DNA of 63,678 nt, counting the filler, from Conidiobolus incongruus B7586 (taxonomy: Eukaryota): NCBI GenBank assembly GCA_000697335.1. It is 8 parts of 8 records of this genome, joined end to end, with 100 filler letters (N's around TTAATTAATTAA, not from the genome) between each part and the next. Parts side by side here need not be neighbours in the genome. Positions count along the whole stretch, not along the records: positions 1 to 20,907 come from JNEM01006142.1; 7 more parts are not named here. The stretch is one strand, 5' to 3'. Below, piece by piece: positions 1-11,725 of the stretch (position 1 is its first letter; each line of letters starts with the position of its first letter). The notes beneath the pieces were generated by a model that saw only the letters and a list, made by a program, of their open reading frames with translations, was not told where the DNA came from and ran no database searches. A program made the position numbers and the translations under genes.

Positions 1-1735
1 CTATTAATGGCCAATGTCCTCTTGGAACTACTTTAAATCAAGATAAGACACTATGTATTCCAAGCGGAAGCCCTCCTACCAAAGATTGTAAACCTGGATA
101 TGTTTGGGATGAAGGATCTAAGCAATGCGTTCCACTTGTCCCTATTCCTCCAGTTAATGGAAGTTGTAAACCCAACTATGTCTTAATCAAAGAGATTAAT
201 ATGTGTATTCCAACTATTGGATTCCCACCAATCAATGGCCAATGTCCTCTTGGAACAGCCTTAAATCAAGATAAAACGTTATGTATTCCAAGTGGAAATC
301 CTCCTACCAAAGATTGTAAACCTGGATATGTTTGGGATGAAGGATCTAAGCAATGTGTTCCACTTGTCCCTATTCCTCCAGTTAATGGAAGTTGTAAACC
401 CAACTATGTCTTAATCAAAGAGATTAATATGTGTATTCCAACTATTGGATTCCCACCAATCAATGGTCAATGTCCTCTTGGAACAGCCTTAAATCAAGAT
501 AAAACGTTATGTATTCCAAGTGGAAATCCTCCTACCAAAGATTGTAAACCTGGATATGTTTGGGATGAAGGATCTAAGCAATGTGTTCCACTTGTCCCTA
601 TTCCTCCAGTTAATGGAAGTTGTAAACCCAACTATGTCTTAATCAAAGAGATTAATATGTGTATTCCAACTATTGGATTCCCACCAATCAATGGCCAATG
701 TCCTCTTGGAACAGCCTTAAATCAAGATAAAACGTTATGTATTCCAAGTGGAAATCCTCCTACCAAAGATTGTAAACCTGGATATGTTTGGGATGAAGGA
801 TCTAAGCAATGTGTTCCACTTGTCCCTATTCCTCCAGTTAATGGAAGTTGTAAACCCAACTATGTCTTAATCAAAGAGATTAATATGTGTATTCCAACTA
901 TTGGATTCCCACCAATCAATGGTCAATGTCCTCTTGGAACAGCCTTAAATCAAGATAAAACGTTATGTATTCCAAGTGGAAATCCTCCTACCAAAGATTG
1001 TAAACCTGGATATGTTTGGGATGAAGGATCTAAGCAATGTGTTCCACTTGTCCCTATTCCTCCAGTTAATGGAAGTTGTAAACCCAACTATGTCTTAATC
1101 AAAGAGATTAATATGTGTATTCCAACTATTGGATTCCCACCAATCAATGGTCAATGTCCTCTTGGAACAGCCTTAAATCAAGATAAAACGTTATGTATTC
1201 CAAGTGGAAATCCTCCTACCAAAGATTGTAAACCTGGATATGTTTGGGATGAAGGATCTAAGCAATGTGTTCCACTTGTCCCTATTCCTCCAGTTAATGG
1301 AAGTTGTAAACCCAACTATGTCTTAATCAAAGAGATTAATATGTGTATTCCAACTATTGGATTCCCACCAATCAATGGCCAATGTCCTCTTGGAACAGCC
1401 TTAAATCAAGATAAAACGTTATGTATTCCAAGTGGAAATCCTCCTACCAAAGATTGTAAACCTGGATATGTTTGGGATGAAGGATCTAAGCAATGTGTTC
1501 CACTTGTCCCTATTCCTCCAGTTAATGGAAGTTGTAAACCAAATTATGTATTAATTAAGGAATTGAATATGTGTGTTCCAACTATTGGATTCCCACCAAT
1601 CAATGGCCAATGTCCTCTTGGAACAGCCTTAAATCAAGATAAAACGTTATGTATTCCAAGTGGAAATCCTCCTACCAAAGACTGTCCCCCTGGCTACAAA
1701 TGGGATGAAGAGTTGAAGCAATGTAAACCCATTTA
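1..1735 (+). repeat. Coding tandem repeat, 228-bp period, ~7.5 copies in window
   Basis: ATGTGT unit starts at 201, 429, 657, 885, 1113, 1341 and 1569. Internal copies differ mainly at a GGC/GGT site, while edge copies are more divergent. Confidence 0.97.
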
Positions 1736-1931
1736 CAATCCCCAATGTCCTCCAGGATATTGCACCATACCGGGATACGGCCCACAATGTTATCCCTATG
1801 TCCCCAAAAATCCTGATGGTCAATGTCCCCCAGGCACTCAATGTATTGGAGACCTTGACAAGTGTTTTTACGTTCGCTACTCCACTCCTCAAACACCATA
1901 TCAGGTCAATAATCGCTTTATGAGATTTTGA
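3..1931 (+). CDS. Cys/Pro-rich tandem-repeat protein (5'-partial; likely extracellular or wall-associated)
   Basis: The frame is open from position 3 to TGA at 1929-1931. A 76-aa unit with three C-x12-C loops (CPLGTALNQDKTLC, CKPGYVWDEGSKQC, CKPNYVLIKEINMC) repeats ~7.5 times, followed by a divergent Cys-rich tail. Confidence 0.85.
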   Translation: MNGQCPLGTTLNQDKTLCIPSGSPPTKDCKPGYVWDEGSKQCVPLVPIPPVNGSCKPNYVLIKEINMCIPTIGFPPINGQCPLGTALNQDKTLCIPSGNPPTKDCKPGYVWDEGSKQCVPLVPIPPVNGSCKPNYVLIKEINMCIPTIGFPPINGQCPLGTALNQDKTLCIPSGNPPTKDCKPGYVWDEGSKQCVPLVPIPPVNGSCKPNYVLIKEINMCIPTIGFPPINGQCPLGTALNQDKTLCIPSGNPPTKDCKPGYVWDEGSKQCVPLVPIPPVNGSCKPNYVLIKEINMCIPTIGFPPINGQCPLGTALNQDKTLCIPSGNPPTKDCKPGYVWDEGSKQCVPLVPIPPVNGSCKPNYVLIKEINMCIPTIGFPPINGQCPLGTALNQDKTLCIPSGNPPTKDCKPGYVWDEGSKQCVPLVPIPPVNGSCKPNYVLIKEINMCIPTIGFPPINGQCPLGTALNQDKTLCIPSGNPPTKDCKPGYVWDEGSKQCVPLVPIPPVNGSCKPNYVLIKELNMCVPTIGFPPINGQCPLGTALNQDKTLCIPSGNPPTKDCPPGYKWDEELKQCKPIYNPQCPPGYCTIPGYGPQCYPYVPKNPDGQCPPGTQCIGDLDKCFYVRYSTPQTPYQVNNRFMRF

Positions 1932-2099
1932 TTATTTTAATTTTTTATTAATAAATTCCAATTTAAATGCAATCAAAATATATTATTAAAATTTTTATTA
2001 ATTAATCAATATGACTTTTGATAATAAATATTAATTGTAATGTATAAATTGACAATTAACCTACCAAATTTAAATCAATTTCAAATTACCTCAAATATT

Positions 2100-4509
2100 T
2101 CGTTAGACCACCACCGCTATAAAAATCTCCAGCTCTTTTACCATTCATATTAATACCATCATTTGTAAAACGATCCAAATAATACTCCAATTTTAGAACC
2201 GAATTCACATTTTGCAAAGCCCTGGCAAGTCTTATAACATTTTGAATGTCTTCAACTTAAGTGAGCTGCTGGAACAGTCCTAGTGCTTGGATCTCCATAT
2301 GATGCTTAGCGCAATGGTAAATATACTTGATAATAGTCTTATCTCTATCGATTAAAGCCTCCTGCAGCAAAGTATCATGATCAGGTGTCAAATTTGGCAA
2401 ATTTCTTCAAAGTTGAACAATTGTGCGCTGTTCGGTGAGTTCAGTTTCAAAGCTTTTGCACTCTTTGTCCTTCGTGCTGATGACTAGTGGCAGGCTCCAT
2501 GGTTCGTTTATCACGTTGGGCGTTGTTAACCAATGATCTTGAGGACCTATGGAAACGAGATAGATTTGGCCGATGTTGCCTCCAATAGGGTGGTGATATG
2601 GTGTCTTCTTGTTGTACGGAATATCAAGAATGGGTACCAGAATCCCGAGGTTAATGAAATGTCCATATAGTACACCATGAAAGTCCCGTCCGATGTATAG
2701 ATCATTGGAATGCCTTCGTCTGTAAACCCGATCCATTCGACATTGTCCGTAGTGGGAACTGCAACATCCGTCAAAGGTACTAGGGTTCGAATATTGTCGT
2801 GAGATAGAGCTTCCAATATCACGAAATTGTACTGGTAGCCGTCTGCGTAGAGTAGGAAGATACGTCCATCGATGTGGGTACTGCAACTTACAAAGTTTTG
2901 GTGGTGCGACGCTTGTACTAGAAGCTCGACGCCACTCTTACTGAACCAGTGGAGGCGACAATTGTCAGTGACAATAAGGGGACCTAAGTTGGTTAAGCGC
3001 AATCCAACAATATTGATTCTGGTTTCCAATTGTAAACTCCATTTCATTTGGTCGCCAACTAAAGTTGTGGTTTGGAAATAGATTACTGCAGGATCTTTAT
3101 TACTACTTTTACGTGCTAATAAGAGGCGGTGGTTGGAAATGTAACCCATATCATAACTGTATCTGTTGATAATATTAATATTTTGGTTGAATTGTTAGTC
3201 GAAATAAGTCACACTGATGGTGGATGGTTCGACATTGAGCAATCTTATATAGCACGAGGTAGTGAAATGCAACATTGTTTGGTTCGTTGGAGTACTTACG
3301 AAAGAACCTGGAATGAAACTAGGCTTCACCTGGTATGGAATATCTTGAGGTTGTGGCGATGGCGATTTTTCCATCTCGGAATTGAGTGATATACCATCGT
3401 CATTAATGCTAATATTGTCTAGATCGGGATCAATGATGCTGTCATTGTCAATTTCCATTAGTTCTTCATCAGCCTCTTTGGGATTGATAGCGTAGAGTGA
3501 AATGTTGGCAACAGGACTTATAAGATCTTCAGAGATATCGATAATTTTATCTACTACACTCAACCCACCTTCCCAATCTGTAAAACTTAGCTGATTGTTC
3601 TTGGGATTCCAACTCAAATCAATAACTTCATACTCTAACTGAATTTCTTTCACAAGTTGCCAAGTATCACAATTATAAATTTTTAGATCTGGGGTTTTGG
3701 TTACAGCTGCCAAATATTTCCCATTTGGAGAGAATTTAACAATTGAGTAGGGCCTTGGCTCTTTCGCAAGTGTTGCCAAAGGCTGGAAACTGTTAGCATC
3801 GAAGATCTGCACTTCATTACTGTCTATGGGCACAGTTACTAAACCACCTTGATGGTTGCAATCGATGTGGCAAATTTCGCCAGAATCTAATTTGATTCCA
3901 GAGCGTCCCAACTTTTGATATTGTTTCATTGGAATAGTTTCTGTGATTTGTTATCCAATTGCCACACCAAGACGTTACCGTCTGTATCCAACCCGACAAC
4001 CTTCGAAGTCTTGGAATTTGCAGCGACTGATACAATACTTTTTTACCAACTTCCAAATTTTGAACTTGGTTAGAATCTGATGTGGATATAACTTTGAGAG
4101 GTTTTTATTTAGGTCTAGTTTGCCAATTCATCAATTGTCATTGAATCGGGATCAGAGTTTTATTACTATATTGTCTGATGACCTCACAGTCAAATTCAAA
4201 AGTTATTGTATTTATCAAACTCACGGTACCATCCTCCCCACCAATGTAAATATATCGTTCCTAAAAATTCGTTAATACTTAAACAGCCAATGACTTTGAT
4301 AAATTTACAGTGAATTGTAATCCCGTAACAGATGAAAAATCGTAATCTAGAAACTTTGGCTCTTCCATGTTTCCCACATTATTGGAGTGTAACTTGATCA
4401 GTCCTTCACCACCATCTGTGACTAGCATGTTTCCGTTAGGATGGTGGGCTAGTAGTGTAGTGCCTTCAATTTGGGGTATAAAACGTTGGCGATATTTGGG
4501 CTGTGTCAT
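2100..4509 (-). pseudogene. CTF4: CTF4/Mcl1/SepB/AND-1 (WDHD1)-like replication factor, disrupted
   Basis: N-terminal WD40 repeats, acidic linker, PSFIPGS motif, SepB-like beta-propeller (WIGFTDEGIPMIYTSDG) and a helical C-terminus (DKTIIKYIYHCAK). In-frame stops (e.g. TAA 3195-3197, TGA 2407-2409, TAA 2257-2259) and frame changes near 3930-4000, 3150-3195 and 2550 do not fit GT-AG introns. Confidence 0.75.
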
Positions 4510-5802
4510 ATTTTAATTAAATAATTTAAAATTGGAGTCAAAATTCATTCTAATATATTAATAATATATATTTATATAAAATAAAATATAATAAATGATA
4601 TTAATTAAAATACCTAATCAACTTTCCTATATTATTAAATTTCTTTCTTTTTCCCATTATTCAACTTGCTTTATTTTCTTTAGAAACTTTTTTATTAGTT
4701 TAATATTCGAGTGTTCTTCTAAATTTTGAATGAATCATAATCACTTTACACAAATAAAAATATTACCTGGTTTGATTTACAAAGGATTATGGGAGTAGGA
4801 TTAATTCAATCATTGTTCAGAGTGAAAGTGTCACGTATGGTTTTGATTAATTTATGATTGGTTGAATTTCATGAAGTGTTTTGATTGGTTAGCCATTCAA
4901 AACCAAAGAATTTACGCCTAAAGAAAAAATATTGTCCAAAGTTGATAAAATTATCATCCATATTAGATGCAGTGATTTTATATCCTATTTTTTGAATTAT
5001 TAATTCCAAGTTAAATTAGGATGGATATCTATCAAAGTTCTTTAATTATAACTATTAAACTCTCTCAATATCAATTAAAATGTCTTAAATTTCTAATTAA
5101 CTATTAACAAAAATTATAGCCAAGCATTCATTTAATCAAATGATGTATATGATTGAAATTTGGCTGTAGTTGAAAGTAATTGAGACATTATTTCATTTTG
5201 ATAATAGCATTTCACTGAATTTTATTGCTTCAAATACTCTGAATTTAAATCATTCTAAGTAATGTTTGGGTGACATCTCAAACTCCGAATAAGATTCGAG
5301 ATCAGTCAATATGATTAAAGAACCATGCCTTTTCAAAGGGGTTTTGAAGTTTACATTATAAATTTTTTAATATGATATTTTTAATATTTATTTTGATAAT
5401 TTTTTCAAAATATAAATATAATTTAATCCCTATAAATATTCCTTTTTAGTAGTATTGTCGAACTAAACGATTGATAACGCATAATGATTATTTTGAGCAT
5501 TAAAAATTAATCAACTTTGATATATTTATTAAGATTTTATATTTAATTTATTATTTGGATTATTCTTATTATTTAGAATATATTAAATTTTTGGGTGTTA
5601 GATACAAGTAGAAAAATACGTCCAATAAATGTATAATTAATTTCCAAACTCAACAATATATTGTAATTAGAATGGTATTTACTGAAATTTGAATTCATTG
5701 ATTAATTTGCTGTTTTTAAAATTCAATATAAATATTAATTTCAATAATTTGTTTTATTTAATTTTAAATCTGTAATATTTTGGTTAATATATCAGATTTT
5801 TT

Positions 5803-5831
5803 ACGCGAAAATGAACTCAAATTAGCCAATC
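5803..5831 (+). promoter_or_regulatory. ACGCGAAA (SCB/E2F-like) motif plus CCAAT box in a divergent intergenic region
   Basis: TTTTTACGCGAAAA around 5798-5811 and AGCCAATC at 5824-5831, ~170 bp upstream of the 5982 ATG. CGCG is rare in this AT-rich DNA. Confidence 0.3.
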
Positions 5832-5981
5832 ATTTCAATTTATTGATCCACCAAATAGCAATCCCATAAAACCAATTTATCATCTATGATTATATCTATT
5901 GGATAGCAATTGTTCAACAATAAAATCACAAAACTCCATAATAAATAAATATCCCAAAATTGACTGCTAATTTAATATAAT

Positions 5982-7188
5982 ATGAACCAGCCATCCAGTT
6001 TCAAAAGTCAACTAATTAAACCGGAGGAAGAAGCGAGTCTATTGGGGTACTTGAACGCCCATCCCACAAAACCTGCCAATTTAGGTGAAGTTCCCAAATT
6101 GAAGGCAGCGTCCCCGGTGGGTTGTTATTTGAATCCGTTTCAATCGAGAGCTGAAAGTGTAAGAATTATTAAGAATTTGTTGGTTTTTTATTAATTATAA
6201 AATTTAGAATAATTTGGCAGATATTACTTTACCAGACTTTATAGGGGTAAGTTTGGGGGAAATTGACCCGAGTCAAGATACGTTTCATACTGCAACGGAT
6301 CGTAGTGATTGCCAAAAGTTAAGTAGTACGGAATCGAATGAAATCTATTTTTCGTTCGAGGAGAATTCGCCCACAAACAAGCCGAGACTTACCACTTCGA
6401 CACCAACAAAGACTAAATTGTCCAAATTTATTAACAATTTTGCTCCAACTAAAGACAACCATAATTTTGACGAGAATGTCAAATTACAAAACTATGGTCA
6501 ACCAATGACATCTACACCCGCTAAGGACAAAATGCCCAAATTTTCCACCACATTAGGCCTTTCCAAACATGTAAGTGACGAAAACGACAATATAATAAGT
6601 AAAACGATGCAACAAAACCAAAAGAATATGCCAAAACGTCCCAACTTCAGCCAATTCACGCCCATACGATCACCCCACAAAATTGGGCAAATTCACAAAA
6701 GTTCACCTATCCAATGTATGAATACGCCGACGAAACCCTGTTACAATCCTTTGAAAACACTCACTACGAAGCGATTGTTACCTTATACAAAACCTACTCA
6801 AAGAAATCGGCTCGCTTTAAGTCCCACCAAAAGTCAAGATCTAACTTTCAACGATATAAGTTTCATCCCAAATGACGACCGCATTCAATTCCATTTAAAC
6901 GACCAATCTCAACTCGATATTGATCATCATCCCCCCAAAATCAACGACCTCGACATTTCCGACATTTTCAACAAATTACAAGAATTTCCACCCAACACTT
7001 TCGACAATCGAGGACGATTAGAACCTGGTAAATTACCTTCTGCAGAATTTCCATTGAGTAGAGACTGTGAATTTTTTAGGAATTTGAATAATGATAAGAA
7101 AGTGCAAATTGCGTTGGTGCCATTGCCGACAGATAGGGAGGAGTTGGTTTATAGAGATTGGTTTACGGGAAGTAGGGATAAGGATTAG
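5982..7188 (+). CDS. Hypothetical S/T/P-rich protein, two exons (5982-6158, 6208-7188)
   Basis: A phase-0 intron GTAAGA(6159)...TTTAG(6207) joins the 70-aa and 324-aa ORFs. Many S/T-P-x-K motifs (TPTK, TPAK, SPHK, SPTK). Confidence 0.65.
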
Positions 7189-8918
7189 ATTGTTTGGTAG
7201 ATTTTCGTATCATAAGATTATAATTTATACCCCATACTTCTTCATTTACTACTTCATCATCCTTCCACTCCATTTCGATCCATAATTTTCTCGCATTAAA
7301 TTTGAATCAAATCTAAACAATTTTAAGAAACCAATATATTCAAGAATATTAATAGATATATGAATGTAATTTTAAATCAATAAATAATTTTTACCTTATT
7401 CTTTTGGGTTTTTTTTCGATTAATTCAAAATCTCAATACTAAAAGATTTTAAGGGAAAAATTGTTTAAACTATTGTTAAGAGAGAAATATTACGTGGCAA
7501 TTTTACTATATATTCGATTAATTTATATTTTTATATTAATATATTTTTCTTTATTTGATCAACCTTATCTTCAAACTCAAAATATTAACATTATTTTTAA
7601 CACTTCATTTAATCCCATAATAACTTTCAACTTGATCAATTTATTAAATTACCCAATTCTAGTCCACCACCAGATTTTCATTAATATAACAAAAATCAAT
7701 ATTGAGTTATAGCAACTTTGGAAAAATTTACCGAGTTACAAGTAATCCATTTATTAGTATTTTTTAGTTATCGTAATTTAGGCAAATCCAACTAGTAAAA
7801 GAGCTAGTGGTGAAGGAACTCAATGTCAAGTTATTCCAAGCCAATTATAATTGATTTTTGATTAATAAAATATAAAAATCTTTATAATTTGATCATTGAG
7901 TAAAAAAAATTTTATCGTCATTTCAAATTATGTTTTTCTAATATTTGAAGTAGACTTATGAAGGTAAGAATGTGATGTTGCATGTTTCGAGACCTACAAG
8001 AACCAAACAGATCGATAAGCCAACACCGATACTCAGTGAAAGAATTTTGAGTTATGCTTAAATATTTTTTAATTAAATTTTTTAGATTGTTAAAGGATGT
8101 TAGTTTAGAGATGAAAATACAAAGAAACTAGAAAGCTAGTTTCTGTGATAAAGTATTTAATGGATTGATGATTAATTGGAATTTAGGTTTTCATCAGTTA
8201 GCTTGCGTTCTAGTTCGCGATCGGAGAGCGATAAGTCCAACTATTCTAAATCTACTAGAAGCAGTAGCAGTCGTATTCATAGTTCTTCATTGTCATATTT
8301 TTCAAGTATAAGATCGAGATTAAGATCCAATTTTGGATCTGTATCCCAATCTTCATCATCCTACTAATCGGATATCGAGTCGCAAAAAAGGAAAAATAAT
8401 AGAAAGAATTAAACTCATTATATCACCATTAATTTAAAATATATTAATAACACATTCCACAAATAATAAAAGTCTTCATCCATCCAATATTACGAATATT
8501 TTAAATTTTAATTAAAAATAATCTATTAAAAAATGTTTATTATGATATTAATTAATTGGGTGAAAAAGAATAAATATTAAAATAGATTATTTTATTATAA
8601 TTTTAAAGAGTTGAAAGTATACCAATCCAAGTGCAATTCCTATTTATTTTCTTATTATATTTTATTAAGACCAATATAATATTCTAATAATATATAATAA
8701 CTATATATTAGATTTATAATTAATTATATTTATTTAATTTATTACAAAGTTAAAAAATTCCCATAATAAAAATGTACTCTGTAATTTTTTATAAATTTTA
8801 ATATCAGTCCAATTTATAAAATTATTATCAATTAAATTAAACAATTAATTACGAATAAAAAATTCAATTACTATATGAAAATTAATCGTTAAATAACACT
8901 GAAATTCCTTAAAATAAT

Positions 8919-10829
8919 ATGTCAGATCCTCCAAGCAATCTCCAAAATTCTATTCAATTACCTGATTACGAAAAGGCAGACCAACAACAGTTACCCAACG
9001 TTTTCTTATTTAACGTTGAATATCCCGGCTATATAAAAAATTTAAACAAGTGTTTAGAAACTTTAGGCGGGATTGAGAGCTTAACTAAGAGCTTTGTGGG
9101 GCAGGGAGCTTTCGACTTGAGGTATAGACCTCAGGACCCTTTGAGTCACCCGATAAGTGGTGATAATATCGATACAAGGAAATTTTTGCTGAAAGTGACT
9201 AGGAAGGTGAGAATTAGGAAGAAGAAGAAGGTTCAAGATACTGGAAATTCTCAACAGAATGGCGGGGTTCCTACTGACGAAGATTTAGAACGGGGGGAGA
9301 CATTGAGTGTTCATGGCGAAGTTGTAGGACTAATTAACAATACTTTGAAATTTCGCAGTTTAGCTGATTTCCAGTATATATGTTCTAGGAACCATCCTGC
9401 CATTCCGCTTACGAAGGCCATCATCTCGGGAAAGCCCGAAGATCTAATTATGCAAGGGAACTTGTGGCTGAATATGGATATTTCCAATTTAAATTTACCA
9501 CTCATACCTCCTCCCATCTTCTCCAGAATGGAGAATTATTTCGATTACAAGTTCCAGCAAGCCCCCAGTTTAAGGAAGGTGATGGTCAAGTCCGCAGACG
9601 GTAATAGTTATTCAGTCAAATATCAAAATATGCGCAAGAGTACCAAAATCCTCATGCTAGTAAGAAAATTCGACGATGATAATATTCCTTTGGGGCCATC
9701 TCCACAACTTTTGGCGCATCGCACGTCAATTCCCCAAAATTTGCTCGATAAGGCTCAGAATTTGTTTCAAGAACGTCCAGTGTGGGCTCGTCATTCTTTT
9801 ATGAGTAAAATCCCTAAGCAAAAGAGAATTATTTATGAGCGTTTATTACCACAAGTCGCCTATCTTATGAGTAATGGTCCATGGCGCGATTGCTGGATTC
9901 GCTACGGTTATAATCCCAAGGAGCATATTGATGCCAGATTTTATCAGGTATTAGACATTCGATCAATCGCTGCACAGCGCCAGATCACTCGTGCAAAGCG
10001 TAAACTGGCCATCGAACCTCGGGAATCTGTTGAAAGCAAAGAACCCCAAGAAACTAGTCATCAGGATTATAGCTTCATCTTTGATTCTCCTTCGTCTACG
10101 CTCAGATCCCAATACCAATACTCGGACATTATACACCCTCGAGTCAGACGCTATATTGATTCTAATTATGGCCTTCGCAACGAATGTGATGAAACCTCGG
10201 GATGGTACCATCACGCGATCACCCGCAAGATCCGCAAACTGGTCAAAGCGATCCTCGAAACGCCGGAAGAGATAGCGAATCACGAGGATACTGACGAAGA
10301 GATCCTCGTGAAGAAGTGGGACTACGACAAGATGAAGTACCAACAGAATCAGAAGCAAAGCAGCCAGAAACCCAAGATCGCGTCAGTGGTCGCCAGCAAT
10401 GTTGGAACGCCGTCGTCTCATTCCAATCCCACAGCCACCAGGGAAACTCCCTTCACCACACAGACTGAATCCAACCCATTCGATGCATTCCGACGACCTA
10501 TGGACAATACGCATATTGACCAGTTCATGGACCAACTCACTCTCAACCCCCGCGACAGCCACCCATTCACCATGGACTTCGAAGACTCAGAGCAGTATGC
10601 CAACGTGTTTGGATCAGACGACGATGGCGATGGCGATGGCGATGATGATATGGAGTACGAAGTACCTACCACCATGCCTTCAAATCCTATTGACGATGAT
10701 GATGACGAAGATTACGAGGAGGATGACGATCAGGACACTGACGACGATCAGTTAGCATTGAATGATACTCAACCGCAACGCCCTACTAATGCAGATAACC
10801 ATAAGGATGATATGGATATTGACAATTAA
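8919..10829 (+). CDS. TFC1: RNA polymerase III transcription factor TFIIIC subunit tau95 (Tfc1/Sfc1/GTF3C5)
   Basis: Motifs VEYPGYIKN, TLGG, LRYRPQDPLSHPI, FRSLADFQY, LFQERPVW and GPWRDCWIRYGYNP, plus an acidic C-terminal tail. Confidence 0.92.
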   Translation: MSDPPSNLQNSIQLPDYEKADQQQLPNVFLFNVEYPGYIKNLNKCLETLGGIESLTKSFVGQGAFDLRYRPQDPLSHPISGDNIDTRKFLLKVTRKVRIRKKKKVQDTGNSQQNGGVPTDEDLERGETLSVHGEVVGLINNTLKFRSLADFQYICSRNHPAIPLTKAIISGKPEDLIMQGNLWLNMDISNLNLPLIPPPIFSRMENYFDYKFQQAPSLRKVMVKSADGNSYSVKYQNMRKSTKILMLVRKFDDDNIPLGPSPQLLAHRTSIPQNLLDKAQNLFQERPVWARHSFMSKIPKQKRIIYERLLPQVAYLMSNGPWRDCWIRYGYNPKEHIDARFYQVLDIRSIAAQRQITRAKRKLAIEPRESVESKEPQETSHQDYSFIFDSPSSTLRSQYQYSDIIHPRVRRYIDSNYGLRNECDETSGWYHHAITRKIRKLVKAILETPEEIANHEDTDEEILVKKWDYDKMKYQQNQKQSSQKPKIASVVASNVGTPSSHSNPTATRETPFTTQTESNPFDAFRRPMDNTHIDQFMDQLTLNPRDSHPFTMDFEDSEQYANVFGSDDDGDGDGDDDMEYEVPTTMPSNPIDDDDDEDYEEDDDQDTDDDQLALNDTQPQRPTNADNHKDDMDIDN

Positions 10830-11725
10830 TTTAATATTTTTTTCTTATAAAAATATAAACAATACCACTTTTAAAACCTATATGATTTATACAAATTTAA
10901 TTAATTTTACATTATTGTCCCTAATAAGCTGGATATGGATTGGTCAGTCCCTTAATATATAAATTATCAGTTAAGGTTTAAAAAGATTAATTCTTCATTT
11001 GAAAAGATATATTCCCAATTGTTTTATAATAATTAGATCATAATACCTAATAAAAAATAACACAATACAAAGCATATTATAGTTTTTATAATTGAATTAT
11101 CAATTTAATTAAATATTTAAACTCTAAAGAAAATTACTATTCAAAATTTTATGAAATTTATAGTAATGATCAAATAATAAATTGTAATTTATAATTATCA
11201 GGTTGATTAAATTGAATGTTTGACAATTTTTTGTCACATTACTATCATTTATAATTAATATGCAAATTGGCTATATTTTTTTGTATATTTGTTATACTTT
11301 CTATTTTCTTAATTATTACACAAAATCTAAATTCATTAATTTTTTATATAATTCAAAGTCAAATCGAATAAAACTATGGCAAATTTCATTTCAAGCTATA
11401 AGGATATAAAATTTTATAAATTTTGTTTATGGCATGATATCTGGTGTTACTGCGGCGTTTTTAATATAATATGGAGTTATTAGGGAGATAGTGTGACTAC
11501 TGAATTGTAAATGCTAGGAACTGAGTACTTGAAATAAATGTTAAATACATATGAAAAAAAAATTAATTTCTGATAAAAAACATAACAAAAAAAATCAAAT
11601 AACAATTGATAAGATATATATTATAATGTATTAGTATATTAATTACAGTTCAACCCAAAATAATCATATTAATTATATTCTTTAGAGTATGAACGATTGA
11701 GTGTTTGATACAACTAATTCCGGAA

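Noticed and set aside
1..1735. Regular repeats as a possible CRISPR-like array
   Set aside because: There are no unique spacers. The period is 228 bp, in frame, and encodes protein.
7700..8400. Exon-like blocks and a Ser/Arg-rich 63-aa ORF at 8176-8367
   Set aside because: May be a gene relic, but I could not build a consistent spliced model or recognise a family.
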